Shown: positions 37,719 through 51,300 of the stretch, piece by piece
Numbering within the stretch: the stretch's first letter is position 1
Layout of the letters: each line of letters starts with the position of its first letter
Assembly (NCBI GenBank): GCA_002269645.1
Contig: NIVC01001300.1
Coordinates: 282,539 to 346,538 of the forward strand
Reading direction: 5' to 3'
DNA length: 64,000 nucleotides
Origin: Macrostomum lignano
Taxonomy: Eukaryota
Notes under the pieces: generated by a model
Database searches by the model: none
What the model saw: only the letters and a program-made list of their open reading frames with translations
What the model was told of the DNA's origin: nothing
Translations under genes and position numbers: made by a program

Positions 37719-38012
37719 GGTTACAGTCCGTCTGTATTAGCTAGGCTACCTGCCGACGCCTATTCACGGGTGCGATCCCTCTACTGCTCGACGCGGAGAC
37801 TTTTGCCTGCTGGGTGTACCCCCTGGGCCGGTACGTCTCTCCTTGGCTAACCTGGCCGCCCCGGCCTCCGCCAGGGTGACCATGTTGACGCCAGGCTTAG
37901 AGTGGACACCTGATCAACATAGAGCGTCGGCAGACAGGACTCCCAGCCTCAAGCCGTTCCGTTACCCGGCCTCCAGGTAGCTGGATTACAGACGCACGCC
38001 ACTACGCCCGGC
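37719..38012 (-). ncRNA. 7SL: Signal recognition particle RNA (7SL), full length, ~294 nt
   Basis: The minus strand reads GCCGGGCGTAGTGGCGTGCGTCTGTAATCCAGCTACC...CCCTGGC-GGAG-GCCGGGG (helix 6)...CCGGCCCAGG-GGG-TACA-CCC-AGCAG (helix 8)...GGGATCGCACCCGTGAATAG...TTTTT, collinear with metazoan 7SL. Oligo-T terminator at 37714-37718; TATA-like TTTAAATA about 25-32 nt upstream. Confidence 0.93.
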
Positions 38013-38869
38013 CATTCATTGGGGTGTCAGAGGTGATATTTAAAGGAGAAAAGTAGTGTAAATAGCGCTTTTCGATATATTTTATTCGAATATTGACATT
38101 ATTTTATATTCTAACCCTTTAAAAACTAAATATTTGAAAGTCATATTTTTTATTTCTGCTTTGAGCATGTAGTGATTGATTATCTTTTGCATTTTTCGAA
38201 GAACAACTAAAGCCCTTTGATCTAAGTTGTTGATTAGGTGATAGTAACGCAACCTGAATATAGCAATATCGATGTAATTTACTAAAAAATTAATTGAATA
38301 CCATATAACTGGCACTGTAATAGGCACGAAATAAAAATAAATGAATAAAAAGACACAAAAATAACTATGATGCGTATTTTGAAGGGAAAGCAGCCAGATT
38401 TTGCAATATTCTATAAAAACGGTTTGAACCGATATGTATCGAAGTGTATAAAATTGGTTATGAAAATCGCTATAAAAACTCTAGTAGTTTCTAGATACGG
38501 GTATACCTGAAATAGATAAGCGAGAACTAATCAATTTAAATCAGTACGAACAATTAGAAAATTAAAAATGGTGCATGTGCTTCCACTTCTCCATTGCACA
38601 ATGCTTGTACTGTAGTTCGTGCAGCAGGTGAATTTGAGTTTGCCCAGTGTCTATCGGTGAGCGAGTTCCGGCTGAGTTATTGAGGAAAATTAAAGATGAT
38701 TACCCTGTGCTTGTGTGGACAATTTTCTAATTTATATAATTCCTATTTTATATATAGTAAATACTGAATTATTCAGCTAATAGGTATTGCTTTCTCAACA
38801 TTTTTAAACATTTTTCAAGGCATTCTGTGTAAAAGTATTAACTTTTGATGCCTTCTCAAGAATGATAAG

Positions 38870-39281
38870 CCCCTGGTGCTGGCGCCCCTGGTGCTGGCGC
38901 CCCTGGTGCTGGCGCCCCTGGTGCTGGCGCCCCTGGTGCTGGCGCCCCTGGTGCTGGCGCCCCTGGTGCTGGCGCCCCTGGTGCTGGCGCCCCTGGTGCT
39001 GGCGCCCCTGGTGCTGGCGCCCCTGGTGCTGGCGCCCCTGGTGCTGGCGCCCCTGGTGCTGGCGCCCCTGGTGCTGGCGCCCCTGGTGCTGGCGCCCCTG
39101 GTGCGAAAGCCCCTGGTGCTAAAGCCCCTGGTGCTGGCGCCCCTGGTGCTGGCGCCCCTGGTGCTGGCGCCCCTGGTGCTGGCGCCCCTGGTGCGAAAGC
39201 CCCTGGTGCTAAAGCCCCTGGTGCTGGCGCCCCTGGTGCTGGCGCCCCTGGTGCTGGCGCCCCTGGTGCTAAAGCCCCTGC
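38870..39281. repeat. 15-bp minisatellite (ccctggtgctggcgc), about 27 units
   Basis: Same unit as 15855-17294, opposite orientation. Confidence 0.95.
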
Positions 39282-40306
39282 AATTAAGCAGGTATTCAGA
39301 CAGTTTTCAGTCTACTGACAATCTACTGCACCTGATTACATATCGGTCAATTCGCAGTTACCAAGTTTTGTTACTCCAATGAGCTAATGCGATTGCGTGG
39401 CACTGCCCTTTCTTGGGACAAAATAGCTAATAGCACATGATGTGGATAATGTCCAGGTCCCTTGTTCAAATATTCGGATAGAATCCGAGCGCACTGCAAT
39501 TTATTAAAAGCAGCAGTGACCATACAGACTAGGTCAGATGGACTTGCTGTACAATACAATTTTTGTTTGCGCATCTCTTTAAATTTTACTGACGGAATCT
39601 CGCCAAAATGCAATTAACCCACAAGACAATAGCTCTGCCCGTATTTTTAGAATTTCAGCAAAACATCTCAGCGTGAGACTGAGAATGTACAGTAAACTCA
39701 AGCTGAGCATATCCTACATCCTAAAATCTAACTGTACATTTTTCGTTTCACTCTCATGTGTAGAGGCTCTCGGGCAGCAATGTGTCTTTCTTATAAAGCG
39801 TAGAAAATTGCACTGCTTTGAGTGAGTACCCTTTTCAAGGGGTATTGTGCGAGCTGAAGGCTACACAATTTAGTCGTATACTTTACCTGTAACTGCAGAC
39901 TTTACCTGCCTGCCAGTCAATAAGGACAGCGTCTTGCTACAGCACCAAGGAGATTGGCGATAACCTAAATCATACCGATGGTATTACGAGCTAAAGGTAA
40001 CTCACTGTTTTCAGTATTCATTACGTTGAATATTACCCTTAAAGACTACACATTATGAATGTAAATACTGGTAATACATACCACTGCAATAAATTGCATA
40101 CTGTAGCTACATTATTTGAATTCCTAGAAAAACTATTAGCGATTTTTGGTATTTTTTGTTTTTACTTTATTTTCGAGTACCTGCATCGAACACTTAGTCC
40201 AGCGTTAATTTAGTAGCTAGTGCTAATGTGCGGCTAACTTTGCTAGAAATTAAAAGCTGACGATCACAACAGCGGCTCAAAATCAACTATTAGATCCAGA
40301 GATTTT

Positions 40307-40821
40307 AGCGCCAGGGGCGCCAGCACCAGGGGCGCCAGCACCAGGGGCGCCAGCACCAGGGACGCCAGCACCAGGGGCGCCAGCACCAGGGGCGCCAGCA
40401 CCAGGGGCGCCAGCACCAGGGGCGCCAGCACCAGGGGCGCCAGCACCAGGGGCGCCAGCACCAGGGGCGCCAGCACCAGGGGCGCAAGCACCAGGGGCGC
40501 CAGCACCAGGGGCGCCAGCACCAGGGGCGCAAGCACCAGGGGCGCCAGCACCAGGGGCGCAAGCACCAGGGGCGCCAGCACCAGGGGCGCCAGCACCAGG
40601 GGCGCCAGCACCAGGGGCTTTAGCACCAGGGGCGCAAGCACCAGGGGCGCCAGCACCAGGGGCGCCAGCACCAGGGGCTTTAGCACCAGGGGCGCCAGCA
40701 CCAGGGGCGCCAGCACCACGGGCGCCAGCACCAGGGGCGCCAGCACCAGGGGCGCCAGCACCACGGGCGCCAGCACCAGGGGCGCCAGCACCAGGGGCGC
40801 CAGCACCAGGGGCGCCAGCAC
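40307..40821. repeat. 15-bp minisatellite, about 34 units, inverted relative to 38870-39281
   Basis: Directly visible gcgccagcaccaggg units. Confidence 0.95.
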
Positions 40822-40999
40822 TTTCAGTTTCCTTTCCTTTCTTTTCCTTAGCTACATTCCCTGGATCCTTGTAAGGGTTTCAAGTAGAAGCGCTGTTTCT
40901 ACATGTAAAACTAACTGGGAGAATGGGAGCTAGAGTGATACGTATGAATGATTTGTAGCTATTATTTTAGATTTTTATAGTTCCATAAAACAATCAGCG

Positions 41000-41655
41000 T
41001 GTCTGGCGGAAGGACATTTACCTTCCCCTCGGACAGTCTACTAGTCTACGACACCTCCAACAAGGTATCCCTACGTGGATCCCGGGCACTCGGGCCAACC
41101 CGGCAACTAGTTGGCCGATCGCCTGGCCAAGGCTGGCTCGACCGGATCTTTTACTGCTCCGTTGACCGTAGCCTCTACTCCAGCCTTTGTTGTCATCACT
41201 CGCATTCACCAGTTGGTGACTTCAAAGCACAGGAAGAGGTGAATTCGGAGCGGCCGTTCCCTTGTCTTTCCCCCACCCTCCGCAGGTAAAAATCGATAGT
41301 GGGGAATGCCCATTCTGAATCTCCGGTGTTGAAAATGCGGAGCACTTTATTCCGCCTTAACTCAGGAGAGGCTCACCTAACTCAGCCCAAATCCGGACCT
41401 CTCCACCGTTTTCAGGCCCGAGAATCTCTGCCAGCTCGTCCGGTACTTAAAGGCTACCGGGCGAGCGACAATCCACTTCCTGGACTCTCCAGAGGGAGAC
41501 CGCGCTGGGTACACCGGCACCACCAGATCTCCCTGCGCGACACCGCAGCACCAGCTGCCCGTGGTCACCAGGGGTTTGCGGAATGGGCGTCGACGCCTTC
41601 CCACTTTATCTTGATGTCCAGAGCCCCCCGCAGCTGAGTCATGTAAGTCAAGAAA
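41000..41655 (+). mobile_element. 5'-truncated, degenerate non-LTR retrotransposon 3' end (I-group-like CCHC region)
   Basis: QVKIDSGECPF*ISGVENAEHFI zinc-knuckle remnant; the 3' end ccccgcagctgagtca... is shared with 46420-46850. Confidence 0.55.
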
Positions 41656-42327
41656 TGTGAAATGAACCTCCCACTTGCTTTTCGCTCTAGCTAGTATCAT
41701 TGAGCATCAGTTTTTGTTTATTAAAAGCAATGAAACTGTACTAGACTAAAGTATGTTTTCTTTTAAATTTACAGGCTCCCCTGCCATGCTGCTTCAAGTC
41801 CAGGCGAACAAGTGTCAAACTGGCACAATTTTAGCTCCTATAATCAAGCTTTTCTATGAACCACAAAAGATTTAAGCTTTCAAATGTCATAATCTGACTA
41901 CTTAATAGCTCTGTAAACTAGTAGCATAAGTTCAAAATTGTTTTAAAATGATTTACGACAATAAAACTAAATAATTTCGGTTTTTCTGTTTAAACAGCTG
42001 ATCTTAACTAAAAAAATCAACGTCTTTTCGATGTGCATTTTAATTTGCAGTATTAGTTCACTCCTATAAAGAAATGCAATATTTTCTGGCTTCGAAAAAT
42101 TCGTTTTTTCTTTGCTTTGAGCCCCACCTAGCTACTTAAAAATATACCTGTGACTGCTTTTAACTATTTGATTCTTTCTTCATTGTTGATTATTTTCATA
42201 TTTATAAATCCTATATACTAATTTCCTGTATTTCTACTAATTTAGATTGTTTCAATTTGTTTTTTCATGCTGCTCAAATACTTTCAAGTTTTAAACTACA
42301 TAATCCTTGGCTCTGAGCTCGTCAAGA

Positions 42328-45300
42328 ATGTCGTCCAACATTCGACTGCCGATATTAATTCTTGTTCTGACGCTGGCTACGCATCGAGTTTCGTGTGTAT
42401 CCGTTTCAGAAGATTTAACCGCAGGTGAGTTGGGGTTATAAGGTAGCTGAAGTGGCTGTTAGGAGAATTGCAGCTTCTAAATATAAATTTCCCACTGATT
42501 TGCAATATGAAGGTTCGGATGAGGACGCGGGCGAATTGGCGCGGGCGAGGCGAGCCGCCTGCAGCGAGGGTGACTGCGAGAATGGCGGCATTTGCTGGCC
42601 GGGTGCTGTGACGGCAAGCACTCCTCCGTGTCTGTGTACTGCAGGGTACACTGGTGAACATTGTAAAAGTAGAATCAATTTTTGTGCTACAACTTCAGAT
42701 GGCACTAAAAATTCAAAAAATCCCTGCCTGAACGGAGCCACCTGCAGCAACACAGACGCAAGCCCCTGGTATCACTGCAGCTGCGCTCCCGGCTACACAG
42801 GTGAGTGACCTGCTGTAAATCAAAATTTGAAACAAAAGAATGTTTTTTGAACTTTTTTATCAGAATCGCATTATACGACTTAATAGCTCAATTCATTTGG
42901 ATAGTAAAGGCTTTCTTCAATGGATAAAATTTAACAATATTTTTTCAAACTTAAAAATATGGTTATTCAAAAACTCACAGTAACCTTTACCAAGGCTTCA
43001 AATTGATTTGAGAAAAGTAATCATTCCATAGTCTCACCATCTCTCATCCATCATCTCACAAAACCCATCCACATCTCACAGAACCCATCCCGCCAGAACT
43101 GATTAATGTTTTAATTCATTCCTTTCCGATATTTAGGGTATTAGTTTATTTAGTATCTTTCGACGAATAATGATAGTATAAGGAATATTAATAGTGAACC
43201 GACAGCTCAGCCGCAGCTATTGCGCGGCGCGTCCGAAGGCTGCTTACGGCTGTTCAGTTCAAGGACTGGGGGGGGGTCACCACGCACCCTCAATTAGCTC
43301 GTACTCCAGCTAATGCATGCACCCATTTTACAGTCGGGTGAAGTGTAGCATAGAATTCTATATTAACCTGGAATTAAAGGCTTTTTTGGCCTACATAAAC
43401 TTGTCAAGACAGAAATATCGAATCAACTTTTTCTAGATGTCGGAATCGATTAAAAACTTGTTTATTTCAATTGATTTTCGCATTAAAACTTACGCTGAAT
43501 CGGATTTCGCAGAAATTAGAGGCAAAGGTCTGTCTTAAGTGCATTTTAAATTAAAGCGTATCAGAATTCACTAAAAGCTTAATTGGGAACTACGAGTATA
43601 TGCAGAAACAATATAAAGGGCATTGAAATATTCTTTAAATTATTGGATAACTCACGATTGCCTTAGTGCTCATTAATTGAATCTGGCTACTTTTTTACCT
43701 GACGCTGCGTCTGTCGATGCAGAATTCGGTGCTGAATGTCGCAGTGTGTTTGGTAGCGTAGATTTGAAAGTCTCTCCAATGCCACTGAACTGATTGCTTC
43801 AAATAGAGCATTATGTCGATGCCGAGAATTTGGAAACTGCTGGCAGGTTTGAAACTGAGAGATGATCCCCAGGCTGCCTTTGAAGCGGAAAAAGCAAGCT
43901 ATCAAAGTTCAGTCAATTCAGTCATAAAAAAGTGGAAGAACCGTCGATTTTTATGTCGGCTAGAACAGACAGTAGCAGCTCATTGGATGGCGTGAAACTC
44001 CTTTGAGTAGTGATGGCTAGCTCTAACAAACATATACCTGCCACATATTCGAAAAAATTAGCGTCTGCATCTCTAATTGATTCACTCAGGCTCAGCTGAC
44101 GTACAATCTCTTTTGCTTTACCAGTGGCTGGACACCACTGAACTGCAGTAATGATACTGATCGAATAGCTTTCTCAGTATCCAGAATGTTCTTGCAGGAC
44201 ATATAGTAGCTCGATCCTTTGCGGTACCAATACCATCGAGATTGTCATTCTAGTGAATTAGATTGCAGCGCTCCAAGGAGGACATACTGAAACATCAGGT
44301 TAGTAAGCAGGTAGTGAGACACCTCTAGCGAGACGCCAAAGCTTTCAGTTGGTGTCGAAGCTTTTCTAGCTTCCTAACGGGATCCCTGCCGCAATTTCTC
44401 TTGTGCTTGCCGATTGTCGTTGTGTTTTTTACATTTTAACACCTGCCAGAGCTGGGCGACCGTCAAGAAGTAAGTGGTTTCCTGATGCCTGGTCAGTACG
44501 GCAATGCGCTAGCAGTGAAATACGGCTAGTGAAAGTTTTGTCGAGGTCTTCTGGATACTCTTGGGTAGATACGAGCTAATAAATTGAATTCATTAATGAA
44601 GCAGCTCAGAGGTGTATTCGCATGCATATGTCCATTTTGTAAGACAATCGATTGCGTCTTTAATTTATTTATTGTTATCATTTTAGTCAGTTATATTTGA
44701 AGTCGTCCAAGCGGTAATTTAAGCAAGCAGATTTTAAATTTGCGAAAATAGCCGAACCTGACCGTCGTCCAAAAATCGAGCCAATCTCTTTCACTGCACC
44801 GGGAGTTCTTTGACGCTTGTAGAAACGATGAAGTCGTCACGAATGTGCAGAGAGCAGAGTAACTCAGGGACATTTCCACTGTCTAAGTAAACAATGAGAA
44901 ATGCAATGTTAGCTGTCTTTGGCAAAACAACAAAGTCGGCGGCAATCAGGTTGCACTCAAAGCTGCATTTTAATGTTGGCAAGCGAGGCAATCTCATCCT
45001 GAATGAGGAACTCCACATTTGCATTTTCCATTTGGTCTTGCTTGATCTGGTGCCTCTGATCTGTTGTTGCTGACATTGAGTCGTTCAAGAAGCTGATAAA
45101 ATACTGTTAGCGCACTTTTTGACGAGAATTTGTGTCCTGGAACGCGTCGATGAAGGCATCGTTCTTGAAGTGCAAGGAGCTAGCACAATCTTGATTCTTT
45201 TATTGGACTGTAGTTTTCTCTTCGAATAGGCTGCAGCCATTCTAGAAGAAGTAGTGGATCGTGTAGAGCAATTCGAAAAATGAACTTCTGATGTCCATTT

Positions 45301-48300
45301 CAGAATTCCTTGTGAAATTCTTTTGCACGTAGTTAGAATGACAGTTGATTGTAGTACTCGTACATTTGTAGTCCATGTTACAATTCTCAGAGAACCAGAA
45401 TCTGAACAAGCGGTCCGATAGTCTTTACAGCAAAAAGGAGTCTCAACTTAAAAGCCGCCTAAGTCTTCTGTGCAGTGTCTTTGTGCAAAGCTAAGTAAGG
45501 CCTGAGGGGGGCTATGCCTTGAACTCCTGTGTCAAAACGATCTCAACAATTCATCACATTTCCCAACAGTCTATGATAGTGAAATAAATTATAGACTATC
45601 TTTCAACCTACCAATATGCTTATAAGAATTTAGGTATTTCTACACTAAGCATCCATTTCTTATAGATTTCACATTTGATGTGAGCTGTGCCCACTGTTAG
45701 GGACACTCTTCCGAAATTCGCGCTCAGAAAAGTACCTTCGCTTCCAGGTTAAAATTTCGAATTCTGTAGTGTATTAGTGAAGCATTGAAGAGTTAAGAGG
45801 ATTCACGACAAAAGCCAGTCAGGACTGATACGCCTAAGCGGAAGGTCCTGACTATATTTTTTCCCTTTCGACTTTGAAATCTGCATGCAGGCACCCATAT
45901 CCATCATCTCGCAGATCCCATCCACCATCTCACAGGACCCTTTCATTATCTCAGATGCCTCATCCATCAACTCTCAGAATTCCTCCAGCTCTGATTATTT
46001 GTTCTCATTTCCCCACTCCGTAATCTAAGCGATCGGTTTAAAAGTAAATTTTGGAAAAAACTATGAGTAAAAAGTCAATTCTCACCTTTGAAAGTATTAG
46101 CTGTTATCTGACCTGTTGGAGTCACCACAACAGCCAGACAGGACTACATATGCACAGAAACCGCTAAACTGAAGTTTCTGATTTTTTCCTTCCTTTCGAT
46201 TTTTCAATCTGCATGCAGGCACCAACTGCGAGATCAACATTGATGACTGCGCCAGCAAGCCCTGCGCCAACGGCCTGTGCTCAGACTTGGTGAATGACTA
46301 CAGCTGCAGCTGCTTCACAGGCTGGGAGGGAAGGAACTGCAACATCAACCACAACGACTGTCCAACGGGCGTCTGCCTCAATGGCGGCAGGTGCATTGAT
46401 GGCAACGGCACGTGAGTTCTCCTTGTTGACTTGACTCAGCTGCAGGGGGCTCTAGGCGTCAACTCCCATACTACCTCCTGGCGACCACAGGCATCTGGTG
46501 CTGGGGTGCCTTCAGGATGGTAGCCAATAAGTTAGCGAGCGATCTGGCAGAAATTCTCAAGCCTGAAAGCATCGAAAAAATCCGGGTTGGGGCCGAGGCA
46601 GGTGAGACTGTCCTTTGTAAAAGACGGGGATTCACAGATGAAGTGCTCCGCATTCTCAACACCGGAGAGGCATAATGGGCTTTCCTCACTGCCGGTTTTT
46701 ACCTGGGGTTAGCGATGTCTGGCAAAAAACATTTATGACATGAGAGGGCCATGGTTACAACCTTGATGTCCCTGCGGTTGAGTTCTTCAATTTTCGTTAG
46801 TAAAGATTCGAGATAGGTACTCTCCTAATTCGATTCTATTTTTTTCTTCTGCAGTGACTACTGAAACTAATATACAGTGTAACTACCACTCTGAACCTAT
46901 AAAACCTTACTCCGAAATTTTTAACCGTCGTTTGTATAGTTAAAAAATGAACACCGAAAACTGCCAATGGAAACACACTGAGCAACCGGACTAGAGTGCC
47001 GAGTTTTCTGCTTGAATTTCAGATTCACCTGCGACTGCACAGACACAGGATTCGCAGGTGACAGGTGCCAAAACAACATTGATGACTGCGCCAGCAAGCC
47101 TTGCGCCAACGGCCTGTGCACGGACCTGGTGAAAGACTACAGCTGCAGCTGCTTCACAGGCTGGGAGGGCAGGAGCTGCTCAGTGGACACTGACTACTGC
47201 CTGTCAGGGCCCTGTCAGAACGGCGGCGTCTGCAGCGACGGAAATTCCACGTGAGTGACTCAAAACCGATTGTGTTTTTACTTTTTTGGTATAATCTTGC
47301 AATTTTGAATTGTGCTGCAGTTCTATCTGCATGGGTGCTTGTAGTTGAGTGCTTCGGGTTTGTTAGGGTTGTGTCGGATTGTAACTTTAATGTATCGCTA
47401 TTTACAAATTTAATTTCCTGCAACTCAATGTAACTTTCTCAGATACGTTCAAAGTAACCGTACAATCATCTCAGTTTTAGATGCCAATTAGATGTCTATC
47501 TTAGTTGACCGATCATCACATTTGCACTCGTGCACGGCTACCAAGATAACAATGCATCGATGCTATAGTGCCTTTTTAAACATGCGTGTCTATTTCTCAC
47601 TTTCCACAACCAATGCTGTCTTAGAAGCCATTCTTTCATAGGTTGGGTGGCTGGGGTTGATTTGGGTGCTTGAGGAGGGGTTGTGGTTGGGTGCTTTGGG
47701 TTGGATTGTGGTTGGGTGCTTTGGGTTGGATTGTGGTTGGAGGCTTGGGGTTGGATTGTGTTTGGGTTCTTTGGGTTGGGTTGTGGTTGGGTGCTTTGTG
47801 TTGGGTTGTGGTTAGGTGCTTTGTGTTGGGTTGTGGTTGGGTGCTTTGTGTTGGGTTGTGGTTGGGTGCTTTGGGTTGGATTGTGGTTGGGTGCTTTGGG
47901 TTGGATTGTGGTTGGAGGCTTTGGGTTGGATTGTGGTTGGAGGCTTGGGGTTGGATTGTGTTTGGGTTCTTTGGGTTGGGTTGTGGTTGGGTGATTTGTG
48001 TTGGGTTGTGGTTAGGTGCTTTGTGTTGGGTTGTGGTTGGGTGCTTTGTGTTGGGTTGTGGTTGGGTGCTTTGGGTTGGATTGTGGTTGGGTGCTTTGGG
48101 TTGGATTGTGGTTGGAGGCTTGGGGTTGGATTGTGGTTGGGTGCTTTGTGTTGGATTGTGGTTGGGTGCTTTGTGTTGGGTTGTGTTTGGGTGCTTTGTG
48201 TTGGGTTGTGGTTGGGTGCTTGGGGTTGGATTGTGGTTGGGTGCTTTAGGTTGGATTGTGGTTGGAAGCTTGGGGTTGGATTGTGGTTGGAGGCTTGGGG

Positions 48301-51300
48301 TTGGATTGTGGTTGGAGGCTTTGTGTTGAGTTGTGATTAGGTGCTTTGTGTTGGGTTGTGGTTGGAGGCTTGGGGTTGGATTGTGGTTGGGTGCTTTGGG
48401 TTGGATTGTGGTTGGAGGCTCTGGGTTGGATTGTGGTTGGGTGCTTTGTGTTGGATTGTGGTTGGGTGCTTTGTGTTGGGTTGTGTTTGGGTTCTTTGGG
48501 TTGGGTTGTGGTTGGGTGCTTTGTGTTGGGTTGTGGTTGGGTGCTTTGGGTTGGATTGTGGTTGGAGGCTTGGGGTTGGATTGTGGTTGGGTGCTTTGGG
48601 TTGGATTGTGGTTGGAGGCTTGGGGTTGGATTGTGGTTGGGTGCTTTGTGTTGGATTGTGGTTAGGTGCTTTGTGTTGGGTTGTGGTTGGGTGCTTTGGG
48701 TTAGGTTGTGGTTGGGTGCTTTGTGTTGGGTTGTGGTTGGGTGCTTTGGGTTGGGTTGTGGTTGGAGGATTGGGGTTGGATTGTGGTTGGAGGCTTAGGG
48801 TTGGGTAATTCTCGAGTCTTTGTGCCGTGGTTTTTGGAACTCTTTCTGTGCGTTTTTTAGTTTTCTGCCATGTTTTGTGTTTTTTCCATCATTTACTTGT
48901 AGGAATCTTGAACGGACAATGCAAAATCGAGTATTAATCCTAAATAAATGATTATCTGCTACGGCAGAAGGCATAGTCAAGCAAAAACTCCCCAGAAACT
49001 GTTGGAAGTTTTCTTAGTACTTACAGAACATTAACCCAAAATTTACTTGAATATGTTTCACAGATAATTCTGACCGTCTTTCCTGATAATTTGAGAACAC
49101 ACTCGTACGGGAAAATCGTATTGATTTACCCAATGCTGGTCACACCTTCCCAGGGGAGTCCAATTAAAAATTTTTAATAAAACAACTTCCTCAGATGTCA
49201 CTAAAAGCATCACGGACTCCCAGGACTTGGAAAAAGTTTGTATCAATTTAAATCAAAGAAGCCAAATACTCGTATTTTTACAGAATGTGACACTTGAAAA
49301 GACGTTTCACTAACACTCATCGAAAGACAAACATAGCGAAATGAAATAAACTTCGTGTTTTCAGGTTCAGCTGCGACTGCTCTCGCGTCGACTTCCAAGG
49401 CGCCACCTGCAGCTCCAAGATCGATGACTGCGCGTCGAGCCCGTGCCAGCACGGCGGCAGGTGCACCGACGGTGTCAGGAGCTTCACCTGCGACTGCACA
49501 GACACGGGATTCGCAGGTGACAGGTGCCAAAACAACATTGACGACTGCGCCAGCAAGCCGTGCATTAACGGCCTGTGCACGGACCTGGTGAAAAACTACA
49601 GCTGCAGCTGCTTCACAGGCTGGGAGGGCAGGAACTGCTCAGTGGACACTGACTACTGCCTGTCAGGGCCCTGTCAGAACGGCGGCGTCTGCAGGGATGG
49701 AAACTCCACGTGAGTGGCTCAAAGCTGGTTGAGTTTTTAATTCCTTGGGATAATCTTGCAGTTCTGGATAGCGCTTCAGTTTTATTTGCATGAAATCCAG
49801 AGAGTTATGTTTTCGGTTTCTTGGGCTGACTTAATTTTTGGGATTGGGTACTTGATGGGTTGTGACTGGGTACTTGCTGTTGCGTATTTGAGGTTGGGTG
49901 CCTGGGAATAGGTTTTGCTGAGTGCTTTGGGTTGGGTTAGCTCTGGCTGGGTGTCAGGGGTAGGTGCGTTGGGTTGCGTGATTGGAGATGGGTTGTACCT
50001 GAGTGCTTGTGTTGGGGTAGGTGCTTAGATTTGGATCGTTGTTGGGTGCTGGGGTTGAGTTGTTGTTGGGTGCTTGAGACTTCGTTCTCGGTGTCGGGTT
50101 GTTAGGTTTGAGTCCAGCTTCTGGTTGCTTTGTAGTTAGGCACTTTGAGTTGGTTTCTTGTTGTTGGGTTACGATTGCGTCCTTGTTGAGTTAGATGCTT
50201 GGGGTTGCATAGTGGTTGGGTGCTTGAGGATGGGTTGTGGTTGGGTGCTTGCGGTTGAGTTCTTTTTGGGTGCTTTGGGTTTGAGCTTAGGGTCGATTGA
50301 TTGGGGTTAGATGCTTCTAGGTGCTGAAGTTGCCTTGTGGTTCGGTTCTTGAGTGTGCGTGCTCTGGACAGCGTCTTCGGGGTTGGGTTCTTAGTGGCAT
50401 ACAGGTATTAGGTTCGCTTCTATCATACATGTATATGGTTATTGATAGGTATGTTAAGGAGCTGGAAGTTAGGTTTCCGAGTGTTTCCACCGTGCTTTAA
50501 AGCATTTTTGTGCATTTTTTAAAGTTGTCACAAAGCCGAAACGCAAATGTGAGCTGCTATACAACATGGCTATAATACCTCGCTTTAAGCTGCCAATCGC
50601 TAAAAGTGAGGATAAAAACCTGATGTCTTAATCGCATGATCTGCTTCTGCGTTACTTATATAAATTTATATATTATATAATATTGTGGGTAAGCAGACAT
50701 TCACACATTCCCGAGCACTCACCTGAACTTCAATCGGACCCAGTGACCCACTAAACAGAGAGCAGAGCCGCTGCTGAATGCTCTATACGATTGGATATTG
50801 GATGAGTGGCGATGGTTCGTGTCGTGTTGTCAATTTTATCTTTGACCTCTTCCATTGCTCCAATTTTTCTATCTTGTCTGGTCCTTCTTGTCTTGTTCCT
50901 GTTTTTTTTATTTTACTCTTATTTTCGATAATTTGCTGTGTTTTATCTCTTTGCTGAAATAGAATGTAACTTTGTTTCTTTTGAATTTTAAATCTGCGCA
51001 TGGGCGTCACTTTGTGGACAATTTTGGCCACAGACAGTCTGAATTAAATGTCTTCTGTTTCAATAAAAAAGGGGACCTTGTTTGAATTGAATTTCCGTGA
51101 GGACTGATATTTCTTAGTGTTTGAATTGAAGTACTGCTAGTTTCTTTTGAACAAGACTTTTTTCAAAAGTCTTGTTCAAAAAGAGGTAAAATGGTGTATA
51201 CTATTAATGGTGTATACTATTAACGGAAAATCACTGCTAAAAACGCTTCTCACATAATTGCAATCGTTGAGTCTGATAATATAAGAAAGAACGCATTGGG

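Noticed and set aside
37940-38012. Primate Alu or human contamination
   Set aside because: The match continues through the whole S domain as a diverged, full-length 7SL with its own terminator; there is no dimer or poly(A) tail.
45870-45900. Extra exon at a duplicated acceptor (ctgcatgcag|gcaccc) in intron 2 of F
   Set aside because: The acceptor context is duplicated from 46218 but is followed by non-EGF repeat sequence; likely a local duplication remnant.
47670-48808. Gly/Trp/Val/Cys-rich membrane-like ORFs
   Set aside because: Translation of the G/T minisatellite, which is open in several frames.
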